DNA from: an uncultured delta proteobacterium
Lineage (GTDB): Bacteria; Myxococcota_A; Polyangia; Fen-1088
DNA: 64,000 bases
Direction of reading: 5' to 3'
Assembly: GCA_963737265.1 (NCBI GenBank)
Contig: CAVTRY010000021.1
Span: forward strand, 224,001-288,000
A program made the translations under genes and the position numbers. Positions 13,296-24,600 of this stretch are shown piece after piece. Position 1 is the first letter of the stretch. Each line of letters starts with the position of its first letter. Under the pieces are notes generated by a model. That model worked only from the letters and a program-made list of their open reading frames with translations. It made no database searches and was not told the origin of the DNA.

Positions 13296-14005
13296 GGCAG
13301 CTTGGCCTCGGCCAGGGCCTGTCTTTGCAGGGCAAACAACTCGCCGGCGCCCTTTTGCGCCAGCGTCGCGAGCTTCTGATAGTCGTCCGGGGAAAAGGGC
13401 TCGCCCTCGGCCGTACCTTGGATCTCCACGAAGTTGCCGCTGTCGGTAAGCACGAAGTTGAAATCCACATCGGCGGAGGAATCCTCGGCGTAGGCTAGAT
13501 CCAGACGTGGCTCGCCGGCGACAATGCCAGTGGAAACGGCGCAGACCGCTCGCCGCATGGGATCCTTGGCAAGCTTCTCTTTGTGAACGAGGCGGCGCAC
13601 CGCCAGTGCCAACGCCACCCAGCCGCCGGTGATCGCCGCCGTGCGTGTCCCACCGTCGGCCTGAATCACGTCGCAGTCGATGGTGATCTGCCGCGGTCCG
13701 AGGCTTTTCACGTTAATTGCCGTGCGCAAGGCGCGGCCAATCAGGCGCTGAATCTCCTGGCCGCGCCCGCCTGGGTTGCGCCCCGACCGGGTGTGGGTCG
13801 AACGCGGCAGCATGGCGTATTCGGCCGTGATCCAGCCCTTGCCCTGCCCTTCCAAGAAGGGCGGGACCTTATTCTCCACGCTCGCGGTGCAGATCAATTT
13901 GGTTTCGCCAAATTCGACCAATGCCGAGCCTTCGGCATAGCGGTTGTAGTCCGGCGTGATTCGGACAGGCCGCAATTCATCGGATTTTCGACCATCGGGG
14001 CGCAT
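13292..14005 (-). CDS. rph: Ribonuclease PH
   Basis: [24 protein letters not shown] motifs. Confidence 0.98.
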   Translation of the reverse strand: MRPDGRKSDELRPVRITPDYNRYAEGSALVEFGETKLICTASVENKVPPFLEGQGKGWITAEYAMLPRSTHTRSGRNPGGRGQEIQRLIGRALRTAINVKSLGPRQITIDCDVIQADGGTRTAAITGGWVALALAVRRLVHKEKLAKDPMRRAVCAVSTGIVAGEPRLDLAYAEDSSADVDFNFVLTDSGNFVEIQGTAEGEPFSPDDYQKLATLAQKGAGELFALQRQALAEAKLP

Positions 14006-14117
14006 GGCCGGGAGGATGGAAGTTGGTCACGCAACTGTCAACCACCGCGCTCGCGGCGGCCTAGCACCGAGCCCGCAAAGAAGTATTCCTGACGCGTAAC
14101 GATCTGGTACGTTCAAT

Positions 14118-15263
14118 GTGCAGTACCCGACCATGGCAGACGAAGCAGAAGCACGGCTCGGAACCAGACTCGGCAATTACGCCTTAAAGGAAATCATCGG
14201 CCGAGGCGGCATGGGCGTGGTCTACCGCGCCTCGCACATCTACATTCGCAAGCCCTTCGCCGTGAAGGTCCTGCACCGCCACCTATTCGAACAAGCGGGC
14301 GCCAAGGCGCGCTTCCTCGCGGAGGCACAAACTGCATGCCTGGTAGAACATCCCAATATCGTCGGCATTACCGATTTCGGCGAAGCTCCCGACGACACGA
14401 TCTACCTCGTCATGGCGGAGGCACCTGGCGTGGGTCTCGACATGATGCTGGAGCAGGAAGGCACGCTTCCGCTCTTTCGTGCCATCGGTGTGCTGAGCCA
14501 GGTCGCTCAAGCGCTGTCTGCGGTGCATGCCCGGGGCATCGTTCACCGCGACGTCAAACCAGAGAACATCATGCTGGCGCGAAGAATTGGACGACGCGAG
14601 CTCGTCCGCCAGGTGCGCCAAGCGTGGGACGGAGGCGGCTACTGCGAAACTGTGGAACCCGAGGAGTGCTTCGATCTCGTCACCCTGCTCGACTTCGGCG
14701 CGGCGAGGATGCTGCCGCCGAGCTTCCAAGCACGGGGTGAGCAAGCCCGCCTTTTTTGCACGCCGGCCTACGCCGCGCCCGAGACGGTGCAGGACGGATA
14801 CGCCGATGTGCGATCCGATATCTATTCGGTCGCCGTCGTGTTCTACGAGATGTTGACTGGACGGCTTCCCTTTGACGGCGATACGCCCGCCGAGATTTTA
14901 GCGCAGCAGATCGGCGCGCAGCCCAAGCCGCCGAGTCAGCGAAACCCGCACGTGGAAATTTCTCCCGAAGCCGAGCGCGTGATTCTGCGTGCGCTCGAAA
15001 AGGATGCCGAGCGGCGCCAGGCCACCATGGATGAGCTGTGGAAGGATCTGCAGCGCTGCTACGGTTCCATGCGCTGGCGCCGGCCGAACGCCGCGCTTGA
15101 GGGAGATCTGGACTTCGACACCTTGCGCGCGCCTTCTCAGGCCGCCCGCGCTGAAGTTCCCGGGCCGCTGCTGCTGACGAAACGCAAGCGCGACACTCAT
15201 CGCAGCGTCGTCGCTCCCGAAGACGACGCGACGCCGCCCCCGGCGCGCGTCCGGCACCCCTAG
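14118..15263 (+). CDS. Ser/Thr protein kinase (Hanks type)
   Basis: GRGGMG, AVK, HRDVKPEN, DFG, APE, DIYS. Confidence 0.95.
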   Translation: MQYPTMADEAEARLGTRLGNYALKEIIGRGGMGVVYRASHIYIRKPFAVKVLHRHLFEQAGAKARFLAEAQTACLVEHPNIVGITDFGEAPDDTIYLVMAEAPGVGLDMMLEQEGTLPLFRAIGVLSQVAQALSAVHARGIVHRDVKPENIMLARRIGRRELVRQVRQAWDGGGYCETVEPEECFDLVTLLDFGAARMLPPSFQARGEQARLFCTPAYAAPETVQDGYADVRSDIYSVAVVFYEMLTGRLPFDGDTPAEILAQQIGAQPKPPSQRNPHVEISPEAERVILRALEKDAERRQATMDELWKDLQRCYGSMRWRRPNAALEGDLDFDTLRAPSQAARAEVPGPLLLTKRKRDTHRSVVAPEDDATPPPARVRHP

Positions 15264-15297
15264 TGCCGTCGGCGAGAAATTCCGCGCCAGGTGGGCA

Positions 15298-15657
15298 TCA
15301 GGGGCCTTGTCGAGGCATGCACTGCCGGTAGGGCACGCCACCGGGACGCGTCGGGATCTCGCGACACTCCTCGCTGCGCGGGCAATCGGGATCCTCGGTA
15401 CAAGCCACGCCGATCGCCAGCCATCCGCCCGCCGCGAATACCGCCACGGCCCCGAGCGCCGTTGTCGCCATGCCAGCGGCGGCCACACCTCCTCGACCTT
15501 CGTGGTCGCCAACCACCCAGGCGGTTCCACCCACCGCGAGGAGCCCGGCGCCGATCGCGGCGAGCGTTTTCGGCCCCGAGTAGGGCCGCGCGCAACCGAC
15601 GCCTAGAGCGAGGACGAGTAGCAGGGACGTACTTGTGAAACGACGAACCGACACCAT
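15298..15657 (-). CDS. Small lipoprotein with Cys-rich C-terminus
   Basis: LALGVGC lipobox, two hydrophobic segments, CTEDPDCP...C...C. Confidence 0.6.
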   Translation of the reverse strand: MVSVRRFTSTSLLLVLALGVGCARPYSGPKTLAAIGAGLLAVGGTAWVVGDHEGRGGVAAAGMATTALGAVAVFAAGGWLAIGVACTEDPDCPRSEECREIPTRPGGVPYRQCMPRQGP

Positions 15658-15780
15658 GTCTCGGGCATTGTGCCATGAAATGGGATCCAAACCGTGCGCC
15701 CAAAACACCGCCCCATGGGGTCGACCCGCGAGAACTGCCTGTCTACTTGGACCCGTGCCGGCATATGCTGAACACCACCC

Positions 15781-16995
15781 ATGCCTTCCAGTTCTCTGCC
15801 GATGGTACAGATAGGAGCCCGCGGCCGGGCCCGCGTGGTGAGCGGCCAACCGTGGATCTTTCGTCAAGACGTGATGACTGGGCCGCCGGATGACGCCAGA
15901 GCGGGCGGCCCGGCGTTGGTGCTGGTCACCGATGAGCGCAAGCGGCCGATTGCCATCGCAACCTGGTCCCTCGAATCGCCCATCGCGCTGCGAATCCTCG
16001 ATCGCCAGGTTCAAAAGTCGGGAAAACCTGACTTGCCCGACCTGCTGCTGTTTGTCGAAGCCCGCCTGGCGAGGGCCCGTGCTCGTCGGGCGGCGCTCGC
16101 GCTCGATCGCGACGCCTTTCGCGTGGTCCACGGCGAAAGCGACGGACTGCCCGGTCTGTTCGTCGACATCTACGCCGACGCGGCCGTCATGCAAACCACC
16201 TCGGTCGCCATGGACGCGCACCGAGGAGCTATCGCGGAGGTGGTGCAACGGGCGTTCGGCGTGCGCGTGGTCATTTCGCGCGATGATGGATCCGCGCGCG
16301 ACTTTGAGGGCCTTCGGCGGCTGAGCGAGGTAGTCCGAGGGCAAGGTGGTTCGGAGATTACCTACCGACTCGGCCCGAACGGGCTGACCGCTGACCTGCT
16401 CACCGACAGCAAGACCGGCGGTTTTCTCGATCAAGCCGACAACCACGCCCTGGTCGCGGCCTTGGCCCCGGTTGGCGCGCGCTGCCTGGACGCTTTCACT
16501 TACCACGGCGGATTTGCCCTGGCCCTGGCGCGCAAGGGCGGCCCCGTGCTGGCCACCGACGAGGATCCCAACGCCGTCGCACGCGCCACAGCGAATGCCG
16601 CCCGCAACGGCCTTGCCAATCTCACCGCGAAGCAGGCCAACGCCTTCGATTTGCTCCGTTCGCTGGAAGCGTCGGGCGACCGCTTCGATGTGGTCGTCCT
16701 GGATCCACCCGCCTTCGCCAAGCGCAAGAGTGGCGACAACGCGGCCGAGCGGGCATATCGGGAAATCATCCTGCGCGGATTGCGCCTGGCCGTTCCCGAC
16801 GGACTCGTGGTCGCGTGCTCCTGCTCGGGCCGGATTTCGCGCGAGCATTTCGATGCCATCGTCGCCGAGGCGAGCGCGGACAGTGGACGCCAAGTGCAAA
16901 TCTTGGCCCGCATGGGCGCGGGACGCGATCACCCGGAGCTCGCGGGCCTCCCGGAAACCGGGCATCTCAAGTGCTGGATCTTGCGCGTGCTCTAG
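15781..16995 (+). CDS. RlmI/RlmK-like class I SAM-dependent rRNA methyltransferase
   Basis: PWIF, HGESDGLPGL, KTGGFLDQ, DPPAF, SCS motifs. Confidence 0.92.
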   Translation: MPSSSLPMVQIGARGRARVVSGQPWIFRQDVMTGPPDDARAGGPALVLVTDERKRPIAIATWSLESPIALRILDRQVQKSGKPDLPDLLLFVEARLARARARRAALALDRDAFRVVHGESDGLPGLFVDIYADAAVMQTTSVAMDAHRGAIAEVVQRAFGVRVVISRDDGSARDFEGLRRLSEVVRGQGGSEITYRLGPNGLTADLLTDSKTGGFLDQADNHALVAALAPVGARCLDAFTYHGGFALALARKGGPVLATDEDPNAVARATANAARNGLANLTAKQANAFDLLRSLEASGDRFDVVVLDPPAFAKRKSGDNAAERAYREIILRGLRLAVPDGLVVACSCSGRISREHFDAIVAEASADSGRQVQILARMGAGRDHPELAGLPETGHLKCWILRVL

Positions 16996-19900
16996 AACCA
17001 GACGCGTGCACCTAGGCGCCCGCTGATGGGCACTTGATAAGATGTCGCGTGAAGATAGTTAGGATTGTTAGGAGCGGCGAATCCCGCACTGCACGTGGTG
17101 CCTTTGGCACCGCAAGCGCTTCCGTTGTTGTCGGCTAGGGGAACTTGCGCCAGGTTAGTGCCAGGCGCTTGCGGCATCACCTGATCATAGGTGTACGTGT
17201 TATCCACGCTGAGCGCTGTCTTCTGGTTGAGGACATTGAAGATGTCGATGAATGCTTCGGCGGAGAGAGCCTTCGAGAGCTTGGTTCGATAGGCCAGGTG
17301 CACGTCGAGTTGGGTGACAAAGGGCGTGCGGCCCGCCGACCCGCGCGGTAGGATGAAAGTCTCGCCGGGCCCTTCAAAAGGCGCGGTGCCGACAGGCGTG
17401 ATGGGCTGCCCCGAATGTCCCATGAAACTAAGCCCGGGAGAAAGAGAGTGCTGGCCCCAAGCAAAGCGATAGTACCCGTCCATGTGGATCACGTGCGGCC
17501 GATCGTTTGGCAATGGCCCGTATCGATTCGCCGTCAATCCCTTGATGTCGTATTGCGTAGAGGCGTTCGGATCGAGCTGACCATTGTCCGCGTCATAGAG
17601 ACCGGTGTAATTACCGAACAGGCGCGAATAGGCATACGAGCCTGAGAAAAACCAGTTCTGGGCCAGCCGCTTGTTGGCCGTAAGCTGAAGCGCAGTGTAG
17701 GTCCGTTCCGGCTTGGGCCAGGTCGGATCGGTGATGTTGCCGAGGAGGTTCGGGCCAGTTGGGTTGCCCGTTATTGGGTCGGGGACAAGACTACCTCCCG
17801 TGTCCTCAATGATTCGGCCGAGCCAACGGCGGACGAACGAAGCTCCCACCACGAGATCGCGCAGCGCCTGGTATTGGCCGCCCACGACGACTTCATTGTT
17901 GTAGCTGCCTTTAATATTGGACTGTACCGGGAGTCGGCCGCCGCTAATTGGGAGCGAATCCAGAACTTGGTCTTTGCAGGCGCTCGAACTCCATGCCGTC
18001 GGCGGACAGGAAGGATTGTAGTCAGTCGACAAAGTGCCCCATCCTCCAAAAGCTCTTTCGGCCAGATCCATCGGGATCGACTCGTAGTACTGACCGTAGT
18101 GGGCGAATATCTTGGAGCGTCCTTCCTTTGTCGGGTCGTAAACCACGCCGATCCGTGGGGCGAAGGAATCGGTAATCGAGAGAGCGGTGTTGCCCATGTA
18201 GTCAGTCATCCGCTGCGTCTCCCAACGCACACCCAAGTTCACGGTCAAGTTAGGCACGGGCAGGTAGCTCTCTTCGATGAATGCACCGCTGTTGAATGCG
18301 CGGGTCGTGGAATCGGCTACGTCTTGATAGGTGTTATTCGGCGATTGAAAGAGTGTGTAAACCGTCGGCGCTGACTCGGGCATGCCGTTCGGAAGGGTAT
18401 TTCCCGTCGGAAGAACCAATACCGAACCACGCGATCCATCGATGCCAGAATTCCACACTTTGTCGCCGTATTGGTTGAATTCATAGTCGAGGCCGTACTT
18501 GAGCTCGTGCAGGCCGAGCGCCGTGAAAATGTTGGTACTCTTGACTTGTCCAGCCAGCCTGAAAGCCGAAACATCATGCATAATTCCGTATCCGCCCGAT
18601 TGGTATCCCTGCACCGGGCAACTTTGAAAACCCGTCACCGCGTCGTCCTGACACAACGGCGCCACTTGGGGGTTGAACTGCGCCAGCGACGGCGAATTGT
18701 ACCAATTCACATCATTCGCACTCTCGGCGTCGCCATAGGGCGAGCGTTGCGAGTAGCCCTCGGTGTGCAATCCCAAGGTGGCGTCGATGCGCCAGTGGCG
18801 CTGAAAGAACGCCGACTGCCAATGCGCGATGATGTCCTGGCGATTCGTCTGTTCCTGCGTCATGCCGGCCAAAAGATCCATGTTGGCACCGCGCATATAT
18901 TCCTGATCCTTGCGAATGCCGACCAGGCTCAGGCTCAGCGTGTGATCTGGCCGAATTCGCCAAGTTAGCTTGCCAGCGTAATTCTGTGTGGTCGACTCGC
19001 CGGGGATCACGCGGCTGAAAAGCGGCTGGACGACAGGCGACCCATCCGGGTTGGTGGCAAGCGTGCCGTCTCTCTCGACGAAGCGATCCGTGTACTGAAT
19101 GAAATTGCTGCGGCCGATCTCGGGCACGTAGCCCATCCATAGGAACAGCTTGTCCTTGATAATCGGGCCGCCGACTTCGACCCCCATTTGCGTGGTGTAA
19201 TCCGGCTGGGTGTTCCCGGTCAGAACGGTAGAGGTGCTCAAAATTCGCTGCTGACTTCCCGACATCCACCCCGGCTGGACCCAAGAAAACGCGCTTCCCT
19301 TCCATTCGTTGGTGCCCGACTTCAACGCCATGTTCACGACACCGCCCAAGGCGCGACCGTACTCAGCTCCGTAGCCGGCGCTCACGACCTCGGCTTCCTC
19401 GAGAAATGCCACGTTCAGGTTCGTCCCAAGCAGGCCATCCCGCAGCGACGTGACGTTGAGGCCTTCGAGGTAGTAAGCATTGTCCGCCCCTGTGCCGCCT
19501 GACAGCGAAACCCCAAAATTGCCCTGGTACCCGGTGGGCGTGTCGTCATAGGCGCCCGGCGTTTTCTGCATCAGCGACGCCACATCGGCACCGGCGTTGG
19601 GGATGCCATCGACAAAGTCCGCGCTGAAGGTGGTGCCGATACGCGACGAGCCCACGTCGATGGCGGGCGCACTGTAGGGGGCGGCGATGGTTTCGGCCTC
19701 CGCGGGAACCGCCGGCAGCCGCATGTTCACGCGCACCGTCTTGTCCACCGACACCGCCGCGTCACGCTCGGCAAGCACATCATTGCGGTGAAAGCGAATC
19801 GTGTAGCGCCCGATAGGCAAGGCGGTGAACTGATAACTGCCCTTGTCATCGGTCAGGGTCGCCAAGTCGCCTTCAGGCCCGCTGGCCACCACGGTCACAC

Positions 19901-20051
19901 CGGCGACCGGCTGGGCGCTGTCGCTATCGCGCACCTGACCGAGAATCGTGCCCTCGGTGGGCGCGGCTGCCGCCGCCTCGTGGGCTCGTAGCAAGCACAG
20001 CGATGCCGCCAACACAGAAGCGGGCCAAGCAGAGCCAAATTGTATTTTCAT
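16992..20051 (-). CDS. Oar-like TonB-dependent outer membrane receptor
   Basis: Signal peptide, carboxypeptidase-regulatory-like N domain, AEYGRALGGVVN plug, terminal F; 1019 aa. Confidence 0.9.
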   Translation of the reverse strand: MKIQFGSAWPASVLAASLCLLRAHEAAAAAPTEGTILGQVRDSDSAQPVAGVTVVASGPEGDLATLTDDKGSYQFTALPIGRYTIRFHRNDVLAERDAAVSVDKTVRVNMRLPAVPAEAETIAAPYSAPAIDVGSSRIGTTFSADFVDGIPNAGADVASLMQKTPGAYDDTPTGYQGNFGVSLSGGTGADNAYYLEGLNVTSLRDGLLGTNLNVAFLEEAEVVSAGYGAEYGRALGGVVNMALKSGTNEWKGSAFSWVQPGWMSGSQQRILSTSTVLTGNTQPDYTTQMGVEVGGPIIKDKLFLWMGYVPEIGRSNFIQYTDRFVERDGTLATNPDGSPVVQPLFSRVIPGESTTQNYAGKLTWRIRPDHTLSLSLVGIRKDQEYMRGANMDLLAGMTQEQTNRQDIIAHWQSAFFQRHWRIDATLGLHTEGYSQRSPYGDAESANDVNWYNSPSLAQFNPQVAPLCQDDAVTGFQSCPVQGYQSGGYGIMHDVSAFRLAGQVKSTNIFTALGLHELKYGLDYEFNQYGDKVWNSGIDGSRGSVLVLPTGNTLPNGMPESAPTVYTLFQSPNNTYQDVADSTTRAFNSGAFIEESYLPVPNLTVNLGVRWETQRMTDYMGNTALSITDSFAPRIGVVYDPTKEGRSKIFAHYGQYYESIPMDLAERAFGGWGTLSTDYNPSCPPTAWSSSACKDQVLDSLPISGGRLPVQSNIKGSYNNEVVVGGQYQALRDLVVGASFVRRWLGRIIEDTGGSLVPDPITGNPTGPNLLGNITDPTWPKPERTYTALQLTANKRLAQNWFFSGSYAYSRLFGNYTGLYDADNGQLDPNASTQYDIKGLTANRYGPLPNDRPHVIHMDGYYRFAWGQHSLSPGLSFMGHSGQPITPVGTAPFEGPGETFILPRGSAGRTPFVTQLDVHLAYRTKLSKALSAEAFIDIFNVLNQKTALSVDNTYTYDQVMPQAPGTNLAQVPLADNNGSACGAKGTTCSAGFAAPNNPNYLHATSYQVPISGRLGARVWF

Positions 20052-20202
20052 TCCTCTTACCCTTCGAGGCGGCCGAGGCGGGAAAGGTCTCTATCGGCGG
20101 AACTTGGCGCCACCTTTAGGGAAATCTAAATGGGGAGCCCACCTCAGGCAACAACCGAGTGTCGGGACGTCGAGTCGACGGCCTGATTCGGCCACCAACC
20201 TG

Positions 20203-21687
20203 CTAGTCAAGCACGGTATCGCCCATCAGGTAGCGATCGGCGCCGATAGCGGCATCGCGGCCCTCGGCGATGGCCCACACGACGAGCGACTGGCCGCGCG
20301 CCATGTCGCCTGCTGCGAAGACGCCGGGGACGGAGGTCTGCTTGCTGGCGTCGGTCACAACATTGCCGCGGCCGTCGAGGTTCACCCCGAGATCGGCGAG
20401 TAGGCCGGTCTTCTCCGGACCAAGAAAGCCCATCGCCAAGAGCACCAAATCCGCCGGCAGCACACGCACCGTTCCTGGCACCTCTTCGATTTTCGGTGGC
20501 CCGCCCGCTTGCGCGACGAATCGCACCTCAACGACCTCGATGGCACACACGTGGCCCTTGTCGTCGCCAAGGATGCGCTTGGTCTGCACCTTGAATTCTC
20601 GCGGATCCTTGCCGAAGATCGCAGCGGCCTCTTCCTGGCCATAGTCGACGCGATAGATCTTCGGCCAGTTCGGCCAGGGGTTGTCGTCGGCTCGCGTCTC
20701 CGGCGGGCGCGAGAGCAATTCCAGTTGCATCAAGCTCTTGCAGTGATGCCGCAGCGACGTTCCGACGCAGTCGGTACCGGTGTCGCCGCCGCCGATGACG
20801 ATGACGTGTTTGTCCTTGGCCGAGATGAAGCCTGCCTCGGCCTTGCTACCGTCGAGCAAACGTTTGGTGTTGGCGGTGAGGAACTCCATGGCGAAGTGAA
20901 CCCCGGCAAGCTTGCGGCCCTCGACCGGCAAGTCGCGCGGGACCGTGGCGCCACCGCACAGCACGACCGCATCGAATTCCTTGCGCAATTTATCGGTCGA
21001 ATAGGTTTTGCCCACCTCGGTGTTGGTCTGAAACTTCACGCCCTCGTCCACGAGCAGCTTGATCCGCCGCTCGACGATGCCCTTGTCGAGCTTCATGGCG
21101 GGAATTCCATACATCATCAAACCGCCGATGCGATCGGCGCGCTCGAACACGGTCACGAGGTGGCCGGCTTGATTGAGCTCGGCGGCGCAGGCCAAACCGG
21201 CCGGACCCGACCCGACCACCGCGACCTTCTTGCCGGTGCGAAAGCTGGGCGGGCTGGCCACCACCCAGCCCTCGTCGAAGGCGCGGTCGGCGATGGCGCA
21301 TTCGTTCACCTTGATGGTGACCGGCGGCGCATTGATGCCGAGCACGCACGATCCCTCGCACGGCGCCGGACACACGCGACCGGTGACCTCGGGAAAGTTG
21401 TTGGTCCGGTGCAAACGGTCGATGGCTTCGCGCCAGCGGCCCTTGTAGACGAGATCGTTCCATTCGGGAATCAGGTTGTGCAGCGGACAACCGCTGGTCA
21501 GCCCGTCGATGATTTTTCCCGTGTGGCAAAAGGGCACGCCGCAGTCCATGCAACGCGCACCCTGCTCGCGCATGGTGGCTTCGGGCAGGTGCTTGTGGAA
21601 CTCGCGGTAGTCGGCAACCCGTTCGCCAGGCGGTCGTGAATCAGGAGTGACGCGAGAAAATTCGAGGAATCCGGTTGGCTGACCCAT
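20203..21687 (-). CDS. gltD: Glutamate synthase small subunit
   Basis: RCMDCGVPFC, GSGPAGL, GGGDTGTDC, RGQSLVVWAI; start ATG 21687. Confidence 0.98.
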   Translation of the reverse strand: MGQPTGFLEFSRVTPDSRPPGERVADYREFHKHLPEATMREQGARCMDCGVPFCHTGKIIDGLTSGCPLHNLIPEWNDLVYKGRWREAIDRLHRTNNFPEVTGRVCPAPCEGSCVLGINAPPVTIKVNECAIADRAFDEGWVVASPPSFRTGKKVAVVGSGPAGLACAAELNQAGHLVTVFERADRIGGLMMYGIPAMKLDKGIVERRIKLLVDEGVKFQTNTEVGKTYSTDKLRKEFDAVVLCGGATVPRDLPVEGRKLAGVHFAMEFLTANTKRLLDGSKAEAGFISAKDKHVIVIGGGDTGTDCVGTSLRHHCKSLMQLELLSRPPETRADDNPWPNWPKIYRVDYGQEEAAAIFGKDPREFKVQTKRILGDDKGHVCAIEVVEVRFVAQAGGPPKIEEVPGTVRVLPADLVLLAMGFLGPEKTGLLADLGVNLDGRGNVVTDASKQTSVPGVFAAGDMARGQSLVVWAIAEGRDAAIGADRYLMGDTVLD

Positions 21688-21695
21688 GCCTGGTC

Positions 21696-24600
21696 TTACT
21701 TTCCGTGGATGCGAGCGGCGTCTTTGGAATTGAGCTCGAACGCGGCCATCTCGGCCTCTTCGCGCGAGAGGCCACTGGCCAGCATCTTGTTCTGAGCTTC
21801 GAGAACTCGGCGATAGTCGTTGGGAATCACGCGCACGAACAGCGGCCGGAACAGCGACCAACTGACCAGGATGTTGCGCGCACGCTTGCTATCCGTCAGT
21901 TCGAGGTGGCGGCGAAGCATGGTAAGCACCGTTTCGATTTCGGCGGGATCATCGAGAGGTCCGATGCCCACCATCTCGGCGTTGCAGTTGTGGCGCAGCT
22001 CGCGGTTCTCGTCGAGCACGTAGGCGATGCCACCCGACATGCCAGCCGCGAAATTGCGCCCCGTGGGACCCAGGATGACGACCCGGCCGCCGGTCATGTA
22101 CTCGCACCCGTGATCCCCCACGCCCTCAACCACGGCGTCGGCGCCGCTGTTGCGCACGCAAAATCGTTCGCCGGCCAAGCCACGGATGTACGCTTCGCCG
22201 CTGGTGGCGCCGTAAAGCGCGACGTTGCCGACGATGACGTTTTGTTCGACCACAAAGGTGGCGTCGGCCGGCGGGTAGACGACCAGCTTGCCACCCGACA
22301 ACCCCTTGCCGACGTAGTCGTTGGCGTCGCCTTCGAGTGCGAAGGTCACGCCCTTGGGGACGAAGGCCATGAAGCTCTGCCCGGCCGAGCCCTTGAAGTG
22401 AACGTGGATGGTGTCCTCGGGCAAGCCTTCTGGGCCGTATCGTCGCGTGATTTCGCTGCCGAGGCGAGTTCCCACCGTCCGGTTGACGTTGCGAATGGGG
22501 AAGCTCGCGCGAACCTTCCGCTTCTCATCGAGCGCCGGCCGGCACGTCGGAATGAGCTTCATGTCGTCGAATTCGTCTTCGATACCGTGCTTCTGCGCGA
22601 CGGTGCAGTGTCGCCCCACGCTGACCGGGATCTCGGCTTGGTGGAGAATGGAGCTCAAATCCACGCCCTTGGCCTTCCAGTGGTCGAGGGCGGCGTGCAT
22701 CTCCAGGCACTCGCTGTGACCGACCGCCTCGGCCAGGGTTCGGAACCCAAGTTGGGCGAGCAGCTCGCGCACGTCGCGCGCCACGAAGCGCATGAAGTTC
22801 ACCACGTGCTCGGGTTTTCCCGCGAAGCGGTGGCGCAGCTCGGGATCCTGGGTGGCGATGCCGGCCGGGCAGGTATTGAGGTGACAGGCGCGCATCATGA
22901 CGCAGCCCAGGGACACCAGCGGCGCCGAGGCAAAACCAAACTCCTCCGCGCCCAGCAGCGTTGCCACCATGACGTCGCGGCCGGTCTTGAGCTGGCCGTC
23001 GGTCTCGATGGCCACGCGGCTGCGCAGATCGTTGAGCAGCAGCACCTGGTGGGTCTCCGCTAGGCCAAGCTCCCACGGCCCACCCGCATGCTTGATGCTG
23101 GTGAGCGGCGAGGCGCCGGTGCCGCCATCGTGACCGCTGATGAGAATCACGTCCGCCTTGGCCTTGGCCACGCCTGCCGCCACGGTTCCCACGCCCACCT
23201 CGGCGACCAGCTTAACGCTGATGCGCGCCCGATCGTTCGAGCACTTCAGATCGTGGATGAGCTGGGCCAGATCTTCGATGGAATAGATGTCGTGATGGGG
23301 CGGCGGCGAGATCAGCCCAACGCCGGGCGTGCTATGGCGGACCTTGGCGATCCACGGATAGACCTTCTTGCCCGGCAACTGACCGCCCTCGCCGGGCTTC
23401 GCCCCCTGGGCCATCTTGATTTGAAGCTCGGACGCGTTGGTGAGGTAGTCGCTGGTCACGCCGAAACGCCCCGACGCCACCTGCTTGATCGCGCTGCGCT
23501 TGGAATCGCCGTTGGCCATGGGTTTGAAGCGCTCGGGATCCTCGCCGCCCTCGCCGGTATTGCTGCGACCGCCGAGACGGTTCATGGCGATGGCAAGCGT
23601 CTCGTGCGCTTCCTTGCTGATCGAGCCGTACGACATGGCGCCGGTCTTGAACCGCTTGACGATGGCCTCGATGGGCTCGACCTCGTCGATGGAAATCGGC
23701 TGGCGCGAGGAACGAAATCCCATCAGTCCGCGCAAGGTGTTGTGGTTCTTCGACTGGTTGTTGATGAGCTCGGCGAACTGCTTGTACGCGGAATAGCTGT
23801 TCGTTTGCGTGGCGTTTTGCAATCTCGCGATGGCTTCGGGACTGAAAAGATGGCTTTCGCCGTCGCTGCGATAGCGGTATTCGCCGCCGGTATCGAGCCC
23901 CGTGCGCGCCACTGGACGGCTGGGATAGCCGCGCGCATGACGGCGGCGCGCCTCCTCGGCGATCACGTCGAGCCCGACGCCGCCGACGCGAGACGCGGTT
24001 CCGCAGAAGTAGCGATCCACGACATCCGGATGAAGACCGATGGCTTCGAAGACCTGTGCGCCGTGGTAGCTCTGCACGGTCGAGATCCCCATCTTGGAAA
24101 TGACCTTCACCACGCCTTTGACGGCCGCGCTGACGTAGTGCTTGCGCGCGTTGTCCGCGTTGGCCTTGAGGATGCCTTGTCTGACCATGTCGTCGACGGT
24201 TTCGAGCGCCAGGTAAGGATCGACCGCGCTCGCGCCGTAGCCGATGAGCAGGCAGAAGTCGTGCACCTCGCGCGGCTCGCCGCTTTCGACGATGAGGCAG
24301 GTTTGCGTTCGGGTGGCTTCGCGCAGGAGGTGGTGGTGGACGGCCGCGCAGGCGAGCAGGGCCGGAATGGGCGCCAGGTCGCGGGTGTGGTCGCGATCGG
24401 AAAGGATGATGACGCCGCAACCTTCGCACACCGCCGCCGCGGCCTTGGCGCAAAGCTCGTCGAGCGCCTCTTTGAGCGCCGCCTCGCCACCCGCGGCGCG
24501 AAACAGCGTGGGCAACGTGCGCGAGCGGAAGCCCCGGCTGGTCGCCGAACCGTCGAGGGCGCGCAACTGCTCGCTCTCGGCATTGCACAGCACGGGACCA

